A stretch of 64,000 nt of DNA from the human T2T-CHM13v2.0 reference genome, Homo sapiens. The notes under the pieces are model-generated. The model was not told the DNA's origin and ran no database searches. It saw only the letters and a program-made list of their open reading frames with translations. The first letter of the stretch is position 1, and every line of letters starts with the position of its first letter. The position numbers and the translations under genes were made by a program. The stretch is taken from the NCBI RefSeq assembly GCF_009914755.1, contig NC_060939.1; one strand, 5' to 3'. Below, in pieces: positions 45,508 through 63,516 of this stretch.

Positions 45508-45959
45508 CCCTCAGGGACCTCTGTGAATGAAACAGAATTAAAACAACCCTCCCGCTCTCAAGTAGATGTAAGATTCATGCAGAAGACAGACTGATTATAC
45601 AAAAAAATAGTATTAATAAGGAAGACAGACGTACCCTCCACATCTGAGATTAGTGTGAATACTGTACTCTGCAACTCCACTACACCTACTTATAATCTAA
45701 TAAAAATTCTGAAGGAAACATTTATAAGGCATAAAGATTAAAAATATTAAATTATATGCTTAACATAGCCTGGCTAAGTGCACTCTGGGGGTTGAAGGCA
45801 AGGATAAGGCCATACGGAAAAGAGCAGTGCCTTGATCTTCCTCTATAAATCAAGTCACTTAGTCCTAGACACCATTTGCCTTGTTAGGACTGCAATGGTT
45901 CTCTGACTTCACGAATAAGCGGATCCTGCCTTCTACCCCCACATACTGCCAAACATGAC

Positions 45960-47970
<2,011 letters not shown>

Positions 47971-49754
47971 TAACTACAAAATGATTGATTTTATTAGTTT
48001 GTTGGAAACTGCCTATCTGGCTATAGTCTACGTTTCAGCTGTTATAAAATCTGCAAGTCCTCATACAAAAACTTTCACACTATGATGACACCTCACTGCT
48101 GACAGCCTCCTCTGCAGTCCTGGAGCTCCTGCAGGATACACGCTGCATGCACAGGTAGACATGTGCAACCCAGGAGGGCAGCCAGGGTTTTCCCAGGATG
48201 TCAAAGCTCAGAAGGAACCAAAAATTTTAAAGATTTTTAAAAATATTTTAATTTTTTACAATATAGGTTGAAAGCAAATAGCTCCTTCAAGAGCTAGAAC
48301 AACTGAACTTCACATCTAATAACAAGAATGTTCAATTAAAACAGAAAGCTACCCTATGGCCCTTCCATTCATAATGCCCATCCATGAGCCTCAGCATGGA
48401 CTACAAGTGGATTTGGGGGTCCCTTTCAAGATCTTCAATTGTTCAGAGGGCACTCCACTGCCCTAGCGGAAGGAATAAATCTGTCACACCACCCACAACA
48501 CAGCTAGTTCTGGAGGGCCAGGACCATGGCCCAGAAGCAGTACTGCATGAAGATTAAACTTCTCTTCCTTTTAAGTGTCAGATCCCAAACTGTCAACAGT
48601 GTATACATGCATTGTAACAAACACAAACACTACCAACAGAAAATAATCATTCACATGCCATAGGTACATGCATGTGTACACACACACACGCACAGACTCT
48701 CACACACATACTTCATATTTGCTTGTCTTTTACTGAGAAAAAAGGGATTATAATATGCAAAAAACAGATTTTTTAAAGTAATCATGATAACAGAAACACT
48801 CAGCTAAGATGCTATTCTATTCATTTATAAACACCTTGCTTCCTAAGGGCCTGCCACACCTTAACCCATAGAACTCACTTGTGGAATAAATTCTTTACTG
48901 AATGAAATAAGAACTTAAGTCACAAAGTATCTATTGACTATGATATGGAAAAAAGCCTTTTAAAAGCACGTATTATCATATATAAATACAGAATATGAAC
49001 TAAGGGCTACAGCAGGAAAACGTTAACTGGTTATGAATTAGAATTTTTATTTGTCTATTGCTTGCAGGGTTTTATTGGGCACCTAGCCTGTTTGAAGCAT
49101 GAAAGCTTTAACCCCAAGACTCACCCTGCAAGCCAAAAGCATACTTTGTTGGCAACATTAAAGCATTTCTGGCTTCTGGCCTGGGACATCAGCAAAAAGG
49201 CAGAGTAGGCAGCTCCAAGGGTCCATCCTCCACAAAACCATTGAAAATTCAAGCAAAAACTGTCAGAATCAACTTTGTCAGAATAATGGAAACAGTAAAT
49301 GGTTCGCAGCAACCAAGCAAAAATGGAATGGAGAGAAAGGTAAAATAAAAGCAGGAGGAAGGCCCTGTGGTGTTTTCATCTACCCAAATCCACCCTCCTC
49401 TCCAGCTCCACAGTGCAGGACCTGGCCCCTGTCTTGAAGACAGCAGCAGCATTCCCAGTGCAGGACCTGGCCCCTGGTTCCCGAGGGTGCAGAGCAGACT
49501 TGATTCACAAAGAATTGTGTTTGCTCTAACCTGTCTGGAGGCTGCTGAAGGACTGATTCAAGGGGCTCCTCTCTGTTCTGTGTAACTCAGAATGCACTCA
49601 GGGCAGAAAAGTGGCAGGCACTCCTGGAAAACACTAGAAGGCAAATGAGCAACCTGCAGTCCCTGGGACAGAAGATTACCATTGAGGCACACGGTAGAGT
49701 GCCAAAACCATGAAAGGAAAGGCTGGGGACAGGGTTTAAGAAATTCAGGCATTC

Positions 49755-51313
49755 AACACAAGGAACTCAAACATCTCAACAGCAAAGAACAAATAATCCC
49801 ATTAAAAAGTGGGCAAAGGATCTGAATAGACATTTTTCAAAAGAAGACATACAAATGGCCAGGAGATATATGAAAGAATGCTCGACATCCATCACCAATC
49901 ATCAGGGAAATGCAAATCAAAACCACAATGATATATACCATCCCAACCCAGTTGCAATGGCTATTATCAAAAAGACAGAACGTAATAAATGCTGGTGAGG
50001 ATGGAAAGGGAACTCTTATACACTGTTGGTGAGAATGTAAATTAGTATAGCTGCTAAGGAAAATCGTATGGAGATTTCTCAAAAAAGTAAAAACAGAACT
50101 ACCATATGATCCAGCAATCCCACTGCTGGCTGTTTATCCAAAGGAAAGGAAATCAGTATGTTGAAGAGATATCCATACTCCCATGTTCATTACAGCACTA
50201 TTCACAATATCTAAGATAGGAAATCAACCTCAGTGTCCATCAATGGATAAAGAAATTGATAAAATGATAAATTGATACATTGTTAAAGAAAATGGGAGAC
50301 ACACACACACACAAACACACAATAGAGTACTATTCACACTTTAAAAAGAAGGAAATCCTGCCTTTTTTAATAACATGGATAAGCCTGAAAGACATCACAC
50401 CAAGTGAAATAAGCAAGCCAGAGAATGATAAATACCATGCGGTGTACGTATGATATACTATTTGGCCATAAGATAGAATGAAAATGGAATACTATCTGGC
50501 CATAAAAAAAGAAAAAAAAGAATGAAATCCTGTCCGGGCACAGTGGCTCACGCCTGTAATCCCAGCACTTTGGGAGGCCGAGGTGGGCAGATCACTTGAG
50601 GTCAGGAGTTGAAGACCAGCCTGGCCAACATGGTGAAACCCCATCTCCACTAAAGACATAAAAATTAGCCTGGCGTGGTGGCGTGCGCCTGTAATCCAGC
50701 TACTCAGGAGGCAGAGGCAAGAGAATCGCTTGGACCTGGGAGGCAGAGGTTGCAGTGAGCCAAGATTGTACATCTGCGCTCCAGCCTGGGCGGCAGAGCG
50801 AGACTCTGCCTCAAAACAAACAAACAAACAAAAAGAATGAAATCCTGTCATTTACGGCAACACAGATCAGCCTGAAGGATATTATGTTAAGCAAAGTAAG
50901 TCAGGCACTGGAAGACAAATACCACATGATCTCAACCATATGTGATGGCTGAAAAAAAATGAGCTCATGGAAATAGAAAATTAGAATTGTGGGTGCAGAG
51001 TCTGGGAAGGGTACCAGTGAGGGGAGGATGATGAGAGGTTGGTTAATGGATACAAAGTTGCAGCTAGATAGGAAGCATGAATTCTGGTGTTCTATAGCAC
51101 TATAGGGTGAATATGGTTAACTACAATTTATTATATATTCTCAAAAAGCTAGAATAGAGGATTTTCAATGTTCACAACACAAAGAAATGAGGTGATGGAT
51201 ATGCTAATTATCCTGATTCGATCATTACACATTGTATACACATATTGAAATATCACTCTGTATCCCATAAATATGTACAGTTATTATTTGACAACTAAAA
51301 ATAAAAGGGAAAA
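49755..51313 (+). mobile_element. 5'-truncated L1MA-type element
   Basis: ORF2 end plus 3'UTR; TSD aagaaattca(g/a)gcattc at ~49738-49754 and ~51313-51329. Confidence 0.88.
50533..50835 (+). mobile_element. AluS
   Basis: Dimer; TSD aaaagaatgaaatcctgtc. Confidence 0.93.
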
Positions 51314-51798
51314 AGAAATTCAAGCATTCCAAAGCACCTATGCATATGGGTGGGAATGTAGACAGCCATGTGAATGCCCAGAGCAGAACGCATGCTCAGA
51401 AGAAGCCTGAGAAGACCCCAGTCTTTCACCTCTGGATGAGCTCCAGGTTCAGTATAAACAAGAAATGAAGGTCAAGGCATAGCTGTAAAAAGCCAGGCTA
51501 AGTGTTAAAGGAGGACTCCACCACAGAGCCACTCCATACAGATAAGCGGTCAGTCTCTTCTCTCTCTGTTTTTCTCTGCCTCTCTCTCCAACCCCCTCGC
51601 TCTCTCTATCATGTTTTGGCATCTGGTGCTCAAGGAAATCTCTTTGACAGCACTAGCTGAACAAACAACTAAACAGAGACTTCAGAGACCACACACGGTA
51701 AGGAATTACAGATCTTGCAAAACTCTACAGTCTATAGCAAGCAACAACAAACCCTGAGGTGGGGGAAGAATCTGATCTCCAGAGTTACCTCTGTTTAA

Positions 51799-52114
<316 letters not shown>

Positions 52115-54226
52115 ATGTTCAGTTTTCAACAATAACTTATGAACCATGTAAAGAAACAAGAAAATATGGCTCATTCACATAAGAAATTAACAAACATTGT
52201 CCCTGAAGAAACACACACACTGGACTTACTAAAGACTTTAAATCAACTGCCCTAAATATGCTAAATGACTTAAAGGAAAGAAAGGAAAAGGAGCTAAAGG
52301 AAATCAGGATAAGAATGTATGAACAAATAAGTGAATTGAAATAAAGATATAGAAATTATAAAAGGGAGTCAAATTCTAAGGTCAAAAAGTACACCAACTG
52401 AATTTTTTTAAAAATCACTAGAGCATCTCAGTAACAGACTTGACTAGGCAGAAGAAAGAACCCGCGAACATAAAGACAGGGCAATGAAAATTATCCAGTC
52501 TGAGAGGAAGAACAAAAATGATAAAAGATTAACAGGTATGAAATGCCATCAAGCATACCAATACCAAGTACATAACAGGAATCCCAGAAGGAGAGGTGCG
52601 AGTGAAAGGAACACAAAGAATATTTGGAGAAATAATCGCCAAAACTTACCATACCTGATAAAAGATACAAATCTACACACACAAGAAGTTCAGTGAGTTT
52701 CAAGTGAGATGAATACAAAGAAATCCACACTGAGACACATTATAATCAAACAGTCAAAAAGCCAAGGGCAAAGAGAAAAATCTTGAAATCAGCGAGAGAG
52801 GAGCCACTGATTCACATACAAGGGATCCTCAATCAGATTAACAGCTGACTTCTCATCAGAGACCAGGGGACCAGAAGGCAATGAAATGACATTTTAAAGT
52901 GATGGGCAGGATGGGGGTGATGCTTCCAACCAAGCATTGTATGATACATCCTACAAAAATACCCTTGAAAAATGAAGGAGAAATTTACACCCACATATTG
53001 AATGGCTCCAATTGTATAAAATATCAGAAACAGGTAACAATCCACAGGGACATAATTCAGACTGATGGCTTCCAGGGGCTAGGAGAGGGGAAATAGGGAG
53101 AAACAATTTAATGAGTATGGGATTTCCTCTGGAGACAATGAAAATAATTTTGGACTTTTATAGAGGGAGTGGTTACACAACGGTGTGAATGTACTAAACG
53201 TCAAAGAATTATTCACACAAAAATTATTACTGTTAAGTTAATTTCACCTCAGTAAAGAAAAATAAAACATGGGAAAAAAAAACTGGCTTCTGACAAACTG
53301 ATCAAAGTTCTGAATCACAGGCAGTAGCAGAAGCAGCATGGATTACCCTGAGATCTCTTCCTTCCTTCCTTACCTGCCTGGCCGAGAGAAATATGGAGCG
53401 AGGGTACTGATTTAAGATAATATGCTAACTGGGTGCTTGTAGCAATATCAAAAGGTAATGTAATATAGACTAAACCATATGGAACCATGAACTGCCAAGG
53501 ACATGAGTTACCTGCCAAAGTAAGACGTTGCCCTTGGGTGCAGACAGAAAACATGGTGGGGTGATCTTTATCAACAGTCAGCAACAGGATAAAATTCCAT
53601 GTGTAAAGGCCACCTGAACTTTGATTCTTTGATTTTGTATGTGCGTATTTTACAAGAATGTAAGAGCAGTCCAAAAACTATTTTAATTGAATTCATTCTA
53701 TACATAGGTGCATCCCAATGCCAATTACTGGCATCAATTCTAAACCAATAAATAAGAACATATGTATTTTACGCACAAAATGTCATGTCTCTCTGGATAT
53801 CCCATGCACAACCCCAACAGTACCCGTCCATCAGAGCCTGCAGCTCTATGAAGGAGAACTTAACAGCACTCTAGGTGAACACGCCCCTGCCTGATGCCGT
53901 CCACAAAGCTAGGCACATTTGCACGTCTGGGTACCATCGCTCAGCTACACAACCACAGGCCATGACGGCGCAGTTCTTCCAACTAGGCTGTGCTGACACA
54001 GGTCTCGAGATGGCTGATGCTTTTGATGCATCCTGAAGTTTTGCTACAAAGATCACCACAAAAATGTTCAAGCATCAAAATGTTTTAATTCTTCTGAAAT
54101 GAAACTGTCTCTAAATAGCTCAGCAATAAAATTCAATAATTCTATTGGGTTCAAAGCAGTTTAACAATGGAAAATGAATTATATAGTCAAAGGTGGTCCA
54201 TTCTCGCTCTCCAGTAAACATTTCTG

Positions 54227-55567
54227 TATGTGCGGAATTGGTGGGTTCTCGGTCTCACTGACTTCAAGAATGAAGCCGTGGACCCCCGGTGAATTTTACA
54301 CTTCTTAAAGGCCGGTGCATCTGGAGTCGTTAGTTCCTTGTGGTGTTCGGACATGTTGGGAGTTTCTTCCTTCTCTCCCAATGGGTTTATGGTCTCTCTG
54401 GCCTCAGAAGCAAAGCTGCAGAACTTCGCTGTGAGTATTACAGCTCTTGAAGGTAATACAGAGCCTAAGAGTGAGCAGTGGCAAGATTTACCGCAAAGAG
54501 CGAAAGAACAAAACCTCCACAACATGGAAGAGAACCCAAACAGTTTGCGGCTGCTGGCTCCGGCAGCCTGCTTTTATTCCCTTGTCTGACCCCACCCACA
54601 TTCTGCTGATTGGCCCATTTTACAGAGAGCTGACTGGTCCATTTTACAGAGAGCTGATTGGTCCGTTTTACAGAGAGCTAATTGGTCTGTTTTGACAGGG
54701 TGCTGATTGGTGCGTTTACAATCGCTGACCTAGACACAGAGTGCTGATTGGTGTATTTACAATCCTCTAGCTAGGTGTAAAAGTTCTCCAAGTCCCCACT
54801 AGATTAGCTAGACACAGAGCACTGATTGGTGCATTTACAAACCTTGAGCTAGACACAGAGTGCTGACTGGTGCATATACAATCCTCCAGCTAGACATAAA
54901 AGTTCTCCAAGTCCCCACCTGACTCAGGAGCCCAGCTGGCTTCCGCTAGTGGATCCCGTGCCAGGGCCGAAGGGGAGCTGCCTGCCAGTCCCACTCCAGG
55001 CGCCTGCTCTCCTCAGCCCTTGGGGGTCTATGGGACTGGACGCCTATGGAGCAGGGGGTGATGCCCCTCTGGGAGGCTCAGGCAGGAGGCTCGGGCAGCA
55101 CGGGAGCCCACTGCAGGGGGCAGCATGGCGGGCTGCAGATCCCCAGCCCTGACCCGTGGGGAGGCGGCTGAGGCCCCGCGAGAATTCGAGTGTGGCACAG
55201 GCGGGCCAGCAGTGCTAGGAGACCCAGCGCCCCCTCCACAGCTGGTGGCCCAGGTACTAAGCCCCTCACTGCCCAGGGCCAGTGGCACCAGTTGGCCACT
55301 CCGAGTGTGGGGCCGCTGCCTGCACCCACCCAGATCTTGGGCTAGCCCACGAGCCCTGTGCACAGCCCTGGTTCCTGCCCGCACCCCTCCCTCCACACCT
55401 CCCCGTAAGCAGAGGGAGCTGGCTCCTGCCTCGGCCAGCCCAGAGTGGGGCTCCTACAGTGCAGCAGGGGGCTGAAGGGCTCCTCAAGCATGGCCAAAGC
55501 AGACATCGAGGCCCAGGAGGTGCAGAGAGTGAGCGAGCGAGCACTGCTAGCACATTGTCACCTCTCA
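54227..55567 (-). mobile_element. LTR12 (ERV9) solo LTR, ~1.34 kb
   Basis: Minus strand starts tgagaggtgacaatgtgct and ends aacccaccaattccgcacata; tandem ctgattgg repeats; TSD-like tctg/tcta. Confidence 0.92.
54570..54880 (-). promoter_or_regulatory. LTR12 U3 CCAAT (NF-Y) repeat array and TATA-like AATAAA
   Basis: Multiple gctgattgg (CCAATCAGC on minus) and gggaataaaagc at ~54570-54581; activity not shown. Confidence 0.6.
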
Positions 55568-56851
55568 TCTAGACTTGTTGAGTGTGAGTACCTGCCCTTT
55601 CTGGAACAAACCATCAATTCTTTTGCTCCCTACAATTTTAAGTTCCAATCTGGTGAGCCCTAGGGTCCCTAGGTTTCATATTGTAGAAGGCTTTAAATCT
55701 AAAGAGTCCTTGGATAAATGGAAGGGCAAAGTAAATCTCAGGAAGTTTCGCACAGTAGCTATCTGACTGCATTCAAGAAAGAAATCTCTGTATTTTCCTT
55801 CAACTTCTCTCACACAGCCCAAAGTTGTTGGGAGAAGGTAAAGGAAAAAACATGAAGATTTATTTCATGGAGATAGCCAGCATAGGGGAAATTATTTACC
55901 TTTTCGACTTAGAACAACTAGAAAACAAGTTTCCAATCATGGTCATCTCCTGCCTCACAGTAAACATTAAAGTTAAGTTAGAGAATTCACAACCACACCC
56001 TTCTGATTGACACTATACATATCAATCTCGTTACTCAACTGAGGGGAAAAAACTATTTCCATCAGCTAGACCTTTTCCTGCACTCCATGAAAAGCTCAAA
56101 CACTCAGGATGTCAAACTTAACTTTTTTGCAATCACACAGCAAGGCCCAATCTGTCAAAGCCATACGATTCACTGCCTTTATTTCTACTGTTGGTTTGAT
56201 TTTTTTTTTTTCTAGCTTGTGGGTTTCAGGGCAGACAAAGGCAGCTAAAAGTCTCAGGGAGAAAAAGAATCTCCAGTAGGCTGTACCATAGACATCCCCA
56301 TTTATTGCATGTAACTTACTTCACTTCTCAACCCCACAGTTTAATCACCTGTATAAAACTGGCGCAGTAATACTCAGACTGCAAAGTCATTGTAAGAATT
56401 AGCAGTAGCATGAGGAAAACATCAGCTCATGTTAGGAATGCACTGATTATTACCTGGCATTATTTAGATTGATTAATAAGTTCACATATGCATAGTGGGA
56501 AACACCTTGGTCTAACATTCTTTGGTTCTAATTATGATTACGATATCATGTGATTTCCATGTGTTAGAGAGCAAGTCATAATTATCACCATTGTAAAAGG
56601 AGAAGTACATTCTACATCAGATTGACAAATTGTGTTCTATAAAACTCTAAGAAGCCAGGCAGATACCTCAAGAGCCATGAGGACTCAATAGGAAGGTTGC
56701 TAAATTCTATGAGCTATCGGTTATGACCTTCAAGTGTTAAACATATTAATATAGAGGTATAACTTTTCCCGATAGGAAATAAAAGGCAATTACTATTTTA
56801 ACATGCTGCCAAACACACTGCCTATTGTTAAAATAATTGTTAAAATTTTTA

Positions 56852-57149
<298 letters not shown>

Positions 57150-57233
57150 GTTTTTGTTGAAATAAATTATTTTAAATAACAGTGACTTCAGTTAAAATCC
57201 TAATTAGTGAACTTATTAGTAATTCAATAATAG

Positions 57234-57567
<334 letters not shown>

Positions 57568-57651
57568 GACAACTCTTTTTACCTCATAAAGAGAAGCTAT
57601 GTAAATCCTGAGGCAAACAGCACGCTTAATGCTGAGCATTTAAAAGCATTC

Positions 57652-57770
57652 TCAGGCAGAAGGATCACTTGAGCCCAGTAATTCAAGGCTGCAGTGAGCT
57701 ATGATAACACCACTGCACTCCAGCCAGTGTGACAGAGTAAGATCCTGTCTCTAAAAATAAATAAATAGTT
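57652..57770 (+). mobile_element. Truncated AluJ/FLAM monomer
   Basis: aggatcacttgagccc...aaggctgcagtgagctatgat. Confidence 0.8.
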
Positions 57771-57829
57771 CAGATAGAAATAAACAGAATATAGATAGAT
57801 AGACAGATAGAGATAATAAAAGCATTCCT

Positions 57830-58286
<457 letters not shown>

Positions 58287-61076
58287 TCAAAAACATATAC
58301 AAAGTATCAGACCTAATACGAGTTTGGAAAGACTATAGGAAAAAAAAAAAACTTTAAAAACGCTTTCCAATATTTCAATAACAATCAATTAAAAACCATT
58401 TTTAGAATTAGCAATAAACTCCACCAGGTACCTAGAAAAAAACTAAGACACAAGAACTTTATACACATAAAATTGTGCCAAAATACGTTAAAATGTATTC
58501 AACTCTTCCAGCTTTATTGTGGTATAAGTGACAAATAAAAATTGTATATATTTTAGGTGAACAACATAAGTTGATACACATATTCACTGTAAAATGATTA
58601 CCACAATCAGGCCAATTAACATATCCATCACCTCACATAGTTACCATTTTTATCCTTGTGGTAAGAATATTTAAAATCTACTCTCTTAGCAAATTTCAAG
58701 TATACAAAACATTATTATTTTAGTTATAGCCACATTAGGTCTCCAAAACTAACTCATCGTGTAACTGAAAGTTTGTTCGCTTTGACCAACACCTACCCAT
58801 TTCCCACAGGCCCAGCCCCTGCAACCATCATTCTCCTCTCTGTTTCTATGAGCCACGTTTTTAGATTCCACATATAAGTGAGACCATGTGGTATTTATCA
58901 TTCCCTGGCTTGCTTATTTCACTTAGTGTAATGTCCTCCAGGCTTATCCATGTTGTTCAAAAAGGCAGGATTTCCTTTCTTTGAAGGCTGGCTAATACTC
59001 CTCTGCCTGTGTGTTTGTGTGCATGTGTGTGTGTGTCTGGATGTGTGTTTGTATGTGTGTCACATTTTATCAGTTTATCCACTGATGGACATTAGGTTGT
59101 TCCCATTATCTTGGCTATTGTGACTAATGCTGCAGTGTACATGGGGGTGTAGATTTATCTTTAAAACACTGATTTCAATTACTTTGGATATATACCCAGA
59201 AGTAGAATTGTTGGATCATATGGTTGTTCTATAATTTTTTGAGGAACCTCTATACTGTTTACCACAATGGCAGTACCAATTTACATTCCCAGCATCAATA
59301 TATAAGGGTTCCCTTTTCTCCACAACCTCACCAACTCTTGTTATCTGTTGGTACTTTGAGAATAGCCATTCTAACAGGTGGGAGATCACATCTCATTGTA
59401 GTTTTGATTTGTATTTCCCTGATGATTGATGATGTTGAGCACTTTTTCACATACTTGTTGCCATTTGTATGTCTTCTGTGAGTTGCCTTTACATTTCATT
59501 GTTTCCTTTGCTCTAAAGAAATATTTTAGTATGGTGTAGTCCAATTATTTGTTTTTACTTTTGTTGCTTCTGTTTTTGGTGTAATATTCAAAACATCACT
59601 GCTAAGATCCATCTTATTGAGCTTTCTATGTTTTCTTCTAGGAGTTTTGTGGCTTCAGGCCTTTCCTTTAAATCTTTAAACAATTTTAACTTGATTTTTG
59701 TGTACAGTGTCAGATAACTCTCCAATTTTGTTTCCTTTCATATTTTTTCTTTTTTTGCATGAGGATATCCAGTTTTCCTAACACCATTAATTGAAAACAA
59801 TGATCCTTTTCCCATTGTGTATTCATGGCACCTTTGTCAAAGATTAGTTGACCATATATGCATGGGTTTATTTATGGGCTTTCTATTCTGTTCCATTGGT
59901 CTATGTGTCTGTTTTTATGCCAGTAGCATGTTTTTTTGGCTACTATAGCTTTGTAATATAATTTAAAATCAGGAGATGTGATGACTTCAGTTTTGCTCTT
60001 CCTGTTAAAAATTGCTTGGGCTATTCGGGGTCTTTTGTGGTTCCCTATGAATTTTAGGATTGTTTTTTCTATTTCTGTGAAAAATGCCAATGAAATTTTG
60101 ATAGACTGCATTGAATCTGTAGATCACTTTGGGTATTATGAATATTTTTATAATATTGATTATTCTGATCCATGAACATGGGATATCTTCCCATTTGTGT
60201 ATCATTCCATTTCTTTTATCAATGTTTCATAGTTTTTGGTGTATAGATCTTGCATCTCCTTATTTAAGTTTATTTATGTTATTATTTTTGATGCTATTGT
60301 AAATCAGACTGATTTCTTAATTTCTTTTTCTAATACTGTACACTAATGTGTTATTAGTGTACAGAAACACAACTGCTTTTTATATCCTGCAACTTTACTA
60401 AATTCATTTATAGTTCTAATTAGTTTTGGGGTGGTGTCTTTAGGAATTTCTATTACAAGATCACATCTCCTGCAATCAGAAACAATTTCCTCCTTCCCAA
60501 TTTGGATGACTAATAAAATAAATAAATAAAATAAAATAAAATAATAAAATTATTTTTACTGCCTAATTGCTTTGACTAGGATTTCCACTACTACTTTAAA
60601 TAAAAGTGGTGAGAGTGGGCATCCTTGTCTTCTTCCTGATTTTAGAGAAAAAGCTCTCAACCATTTATGGTTGACTATGATGGTAGCTTGTGAAATATGA
60701 CCTTTATTGTGTTGAGGCATATTATTTCTATACCTAAATTTGTTTAGAGTTTTTGTCATAAAAGATTGTTGAATTTTGTCAAATGTTGGTTTAAATATTT
60801 GAGATAATCATATAATTTTTGTCCTTCATTCTTTCTGTTAATGTGTTGTACCACACTTATTGATTATATTGAACTATCTTTGTATCCCAGGGATAAATCC
60901 CACTTATTTGTTTAATATGCTATTGAATTCAGTTTTCTAGTATTGTGCTAAAGATTTCTACACATATATTCATCAGGGATATTGGCTTGTAATTTTCTTT
61001 CCTTGTAGAATTTTTGCCTGGCTTTGCTATCAGGGTAATGCTAGCCTCATAAAACAAGTTGGAAGATGTTCCTTCT

Positions 61077-61435
61077 TGCTATGGTTTGAATATGCCCTCC
61101 AAAGTTAATGTGTTAGAAACTTAATCCCCAATGCAACAGTATTAGGAAGTAGGGCCTAATGGGAGGTGCTTAGGTCATGAGGGTTCCATCCTTATCAATG
61201 CATTAATGCTGATTATAAAAGGGCTTGAAGGTGTGAGTTCCATCTCTTGCTCTCTCGCACTCTTTTTCTCTTCTGCCTTCTGCTATGCAATGACATAGCA
61301 AGAGGATCCTCACCAGATGTGGGCCCTAGATCTTGGACTTCCCCGTCTCCAAAACTGTAAGAAATTAATTTATTTTCTATGTAAGTTACCAAGTCTGTGG
61401 TATTTTGTTACAGCAACACAAAATAGACTAAGACA
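61077..61435 (+). mobile_element. MST (MSTD-like) MaLR solo LTR
   Basis: tgctatggtttgaat...aaacttaatccccaatgcaacagt...gactaagaca. Confidence 0.85.
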
Positions 61436-62090
61436 TTTTCTCTTCAATTTTTTTTGGAAGCGTTTGAGAAGCACTGGTATTAATTCTTCTTTAAATGCTT
61501 GGTAGAATTCATCAGTGAAGCCATCGGATCCTGGACTTTTCTTTGATAGAAAGATTTTTGTTACTGATTCAAACTTCTTACTCATTATTAGCCTGTTAAG
61601 ACTTCTTTTTCTTCACGATTAAATCCAAGACTTCTTTTTCTTCATGATTAAGTCTTTGTAGGTTGTGTGTTTCTAGGAATTTATCCATTACTTCTGGGCT
61701 AATTTATTGGCATATAAGTGTTTGTAGTACTCTCTTAGGATCCTTTGTAATCCTGTGGTATCAATTGTAATGTCTTCCCTTTCATTTCTGATTTTATTTT
61801 AGTCTTCTTTTTTCTTAATCTAATTAACAGTATGTCAATTTCATTTATCTTTTCAAAAAACCAACTCTTAGTTTTGCTGATCTTTTCTATTATTTTTCTA
61901 AGTTCTATTTCATGTATTTGTTCTCTGATCTTTACTATATCCTTCCTTCTGCTAACTTTAGTTTGTTCTTCTTTTTCTAGTTTCTCAATATGTAATGATA
62001 GGTTGTTTATTTGAGATCTTTCATTTTTCTTCATGTAGGCATTTTTCACTATAAACTTTCCTCTTAAAACTACTTTTGCTGCATCACCTA

Positions 62091-62445
62091 TGATAAGATT
62101 TGGCTCTGTGTCCCCATGCAAATCTTATCTCAAATTGTAATCCCCATGTGTTGAGGGAGGGAACTGGTGGGAAGTGACTGGATCACAGAGGTGGTTTGCC
62201 CCATGCTTTTCTCGTGTTAGTGACTGAGTTCTCATGACAGCTGATGGCTTTTAAGTGTGGCACTTCCTCACTCTCTCCTGCTGCCTTATGAAGATGTGCC
62301 TTGTTTCCCCTTCACCTTCTGCTATGATCGTTAAGTTTCTTGAGGCCTCCCCAGCCATGTGGAACTGTGAGTCAATTAAACCTCTTTTCTTTATAAATTA
62401 TCCAGTCTCAGTATCTTTATAACAGTGTGAGAATGGACTGATATA
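62091..62445 (+). mobile_element. THE1/MSTA MaLR solo LTR
   Basis: tgata...tttggctctgtgtcccca...gaggcctccccagccatgtggaactgtgagtcaattaaacctc. Confidence 0.88.
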
Positions 62446-63516
62446 CCCAAAGTTTTGGTACACTGTGTTTTCATTTTCATTTGTCTCAAGATATTTTTTA
62501 ATTTTCCTACTGATTTCTTCTGCTCCATTGGTTGGGAGTATGTTGTTTGATTTCCACATATTTGTAATTTTCCCAATTCCCTTCCATTAGTTATTTCTAG
62601 TTTCATGATACTATGATCAGAAAGAAATATTACATAATTTGATATATAATTAAAATATAATTTCAATCTGCTTAAATACATTAAGACTTGTTTTGTGGCC
62701 CAACGTATAACCTATCCTGAAGAATGTTCCATGTATACTTTAGAAGAATCTGTACTCTGCTGCTGTTGAATAGAATGTTCTGTATTTCTGTATATATCTG
62801 TTAGGTCTACTTGGTATAAAGTGTAAAATCTAATGTTTCCTTACTGATTTTCTCTCTGGATATCCTGTCTGTAGTTGAAAGTTAGGTAATGAGGTCCCTC
62901 ATTATTACTGTATTGCTGTCTATTTCTCCTTTCAGATCTATTAATATTTGCTGTATATTATTTACGTGGTCTGATGTTGGGTACATATATGATTATTGTG
63001 TCCTCTTAATGAATTGATCCCTTTTTCATTACATAATGACCTTTTTGATCTCTTTTAAAGTTTTGTAGTCAAACTATATTTTGTCTGATATAAATATAGC
63101 TACCCCTGCTCTCTTTTGGTTTCCATTTGCAAGAAGTATCTTAATTCCTTCACATTCGGTTTATGTATGTCTTTAAAGTTGAAGTGATTTTCTTACGGCA
63201 GCATATAGTTGAGTCTTGTTTTTAAATCTATTCAGCCAATCTGTCTTTTGACTGGATAATTTAATGCATTTACATTCAAGGTAATTATTGATAAGAACTT
63301 TCAATTGTCATTTTGTTAATTTGTTTCTGGGTGTTTTGAGGATGCCTTGATCCTTTCTTCCTCTCTTGCTGTCTTCCTTTGTGACTTGACAATTTTCTGT
63401 AGCAGTATGCTTTGATTCCTTTCTCTTCATCTTTTCTGTATCTATGTTTTTGCTTTGCCATTACCATGAGGCTTACATAAAGCATATTATAGTTATAACA
63501 GTTTAAGCTGATAAAA

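Noticed and set aside
59872-62681. Several minus-strand ORFs with L1 ORF2 motifs
   Set aside because: Frameshifted, interrupted ancient L1; not a functional gene
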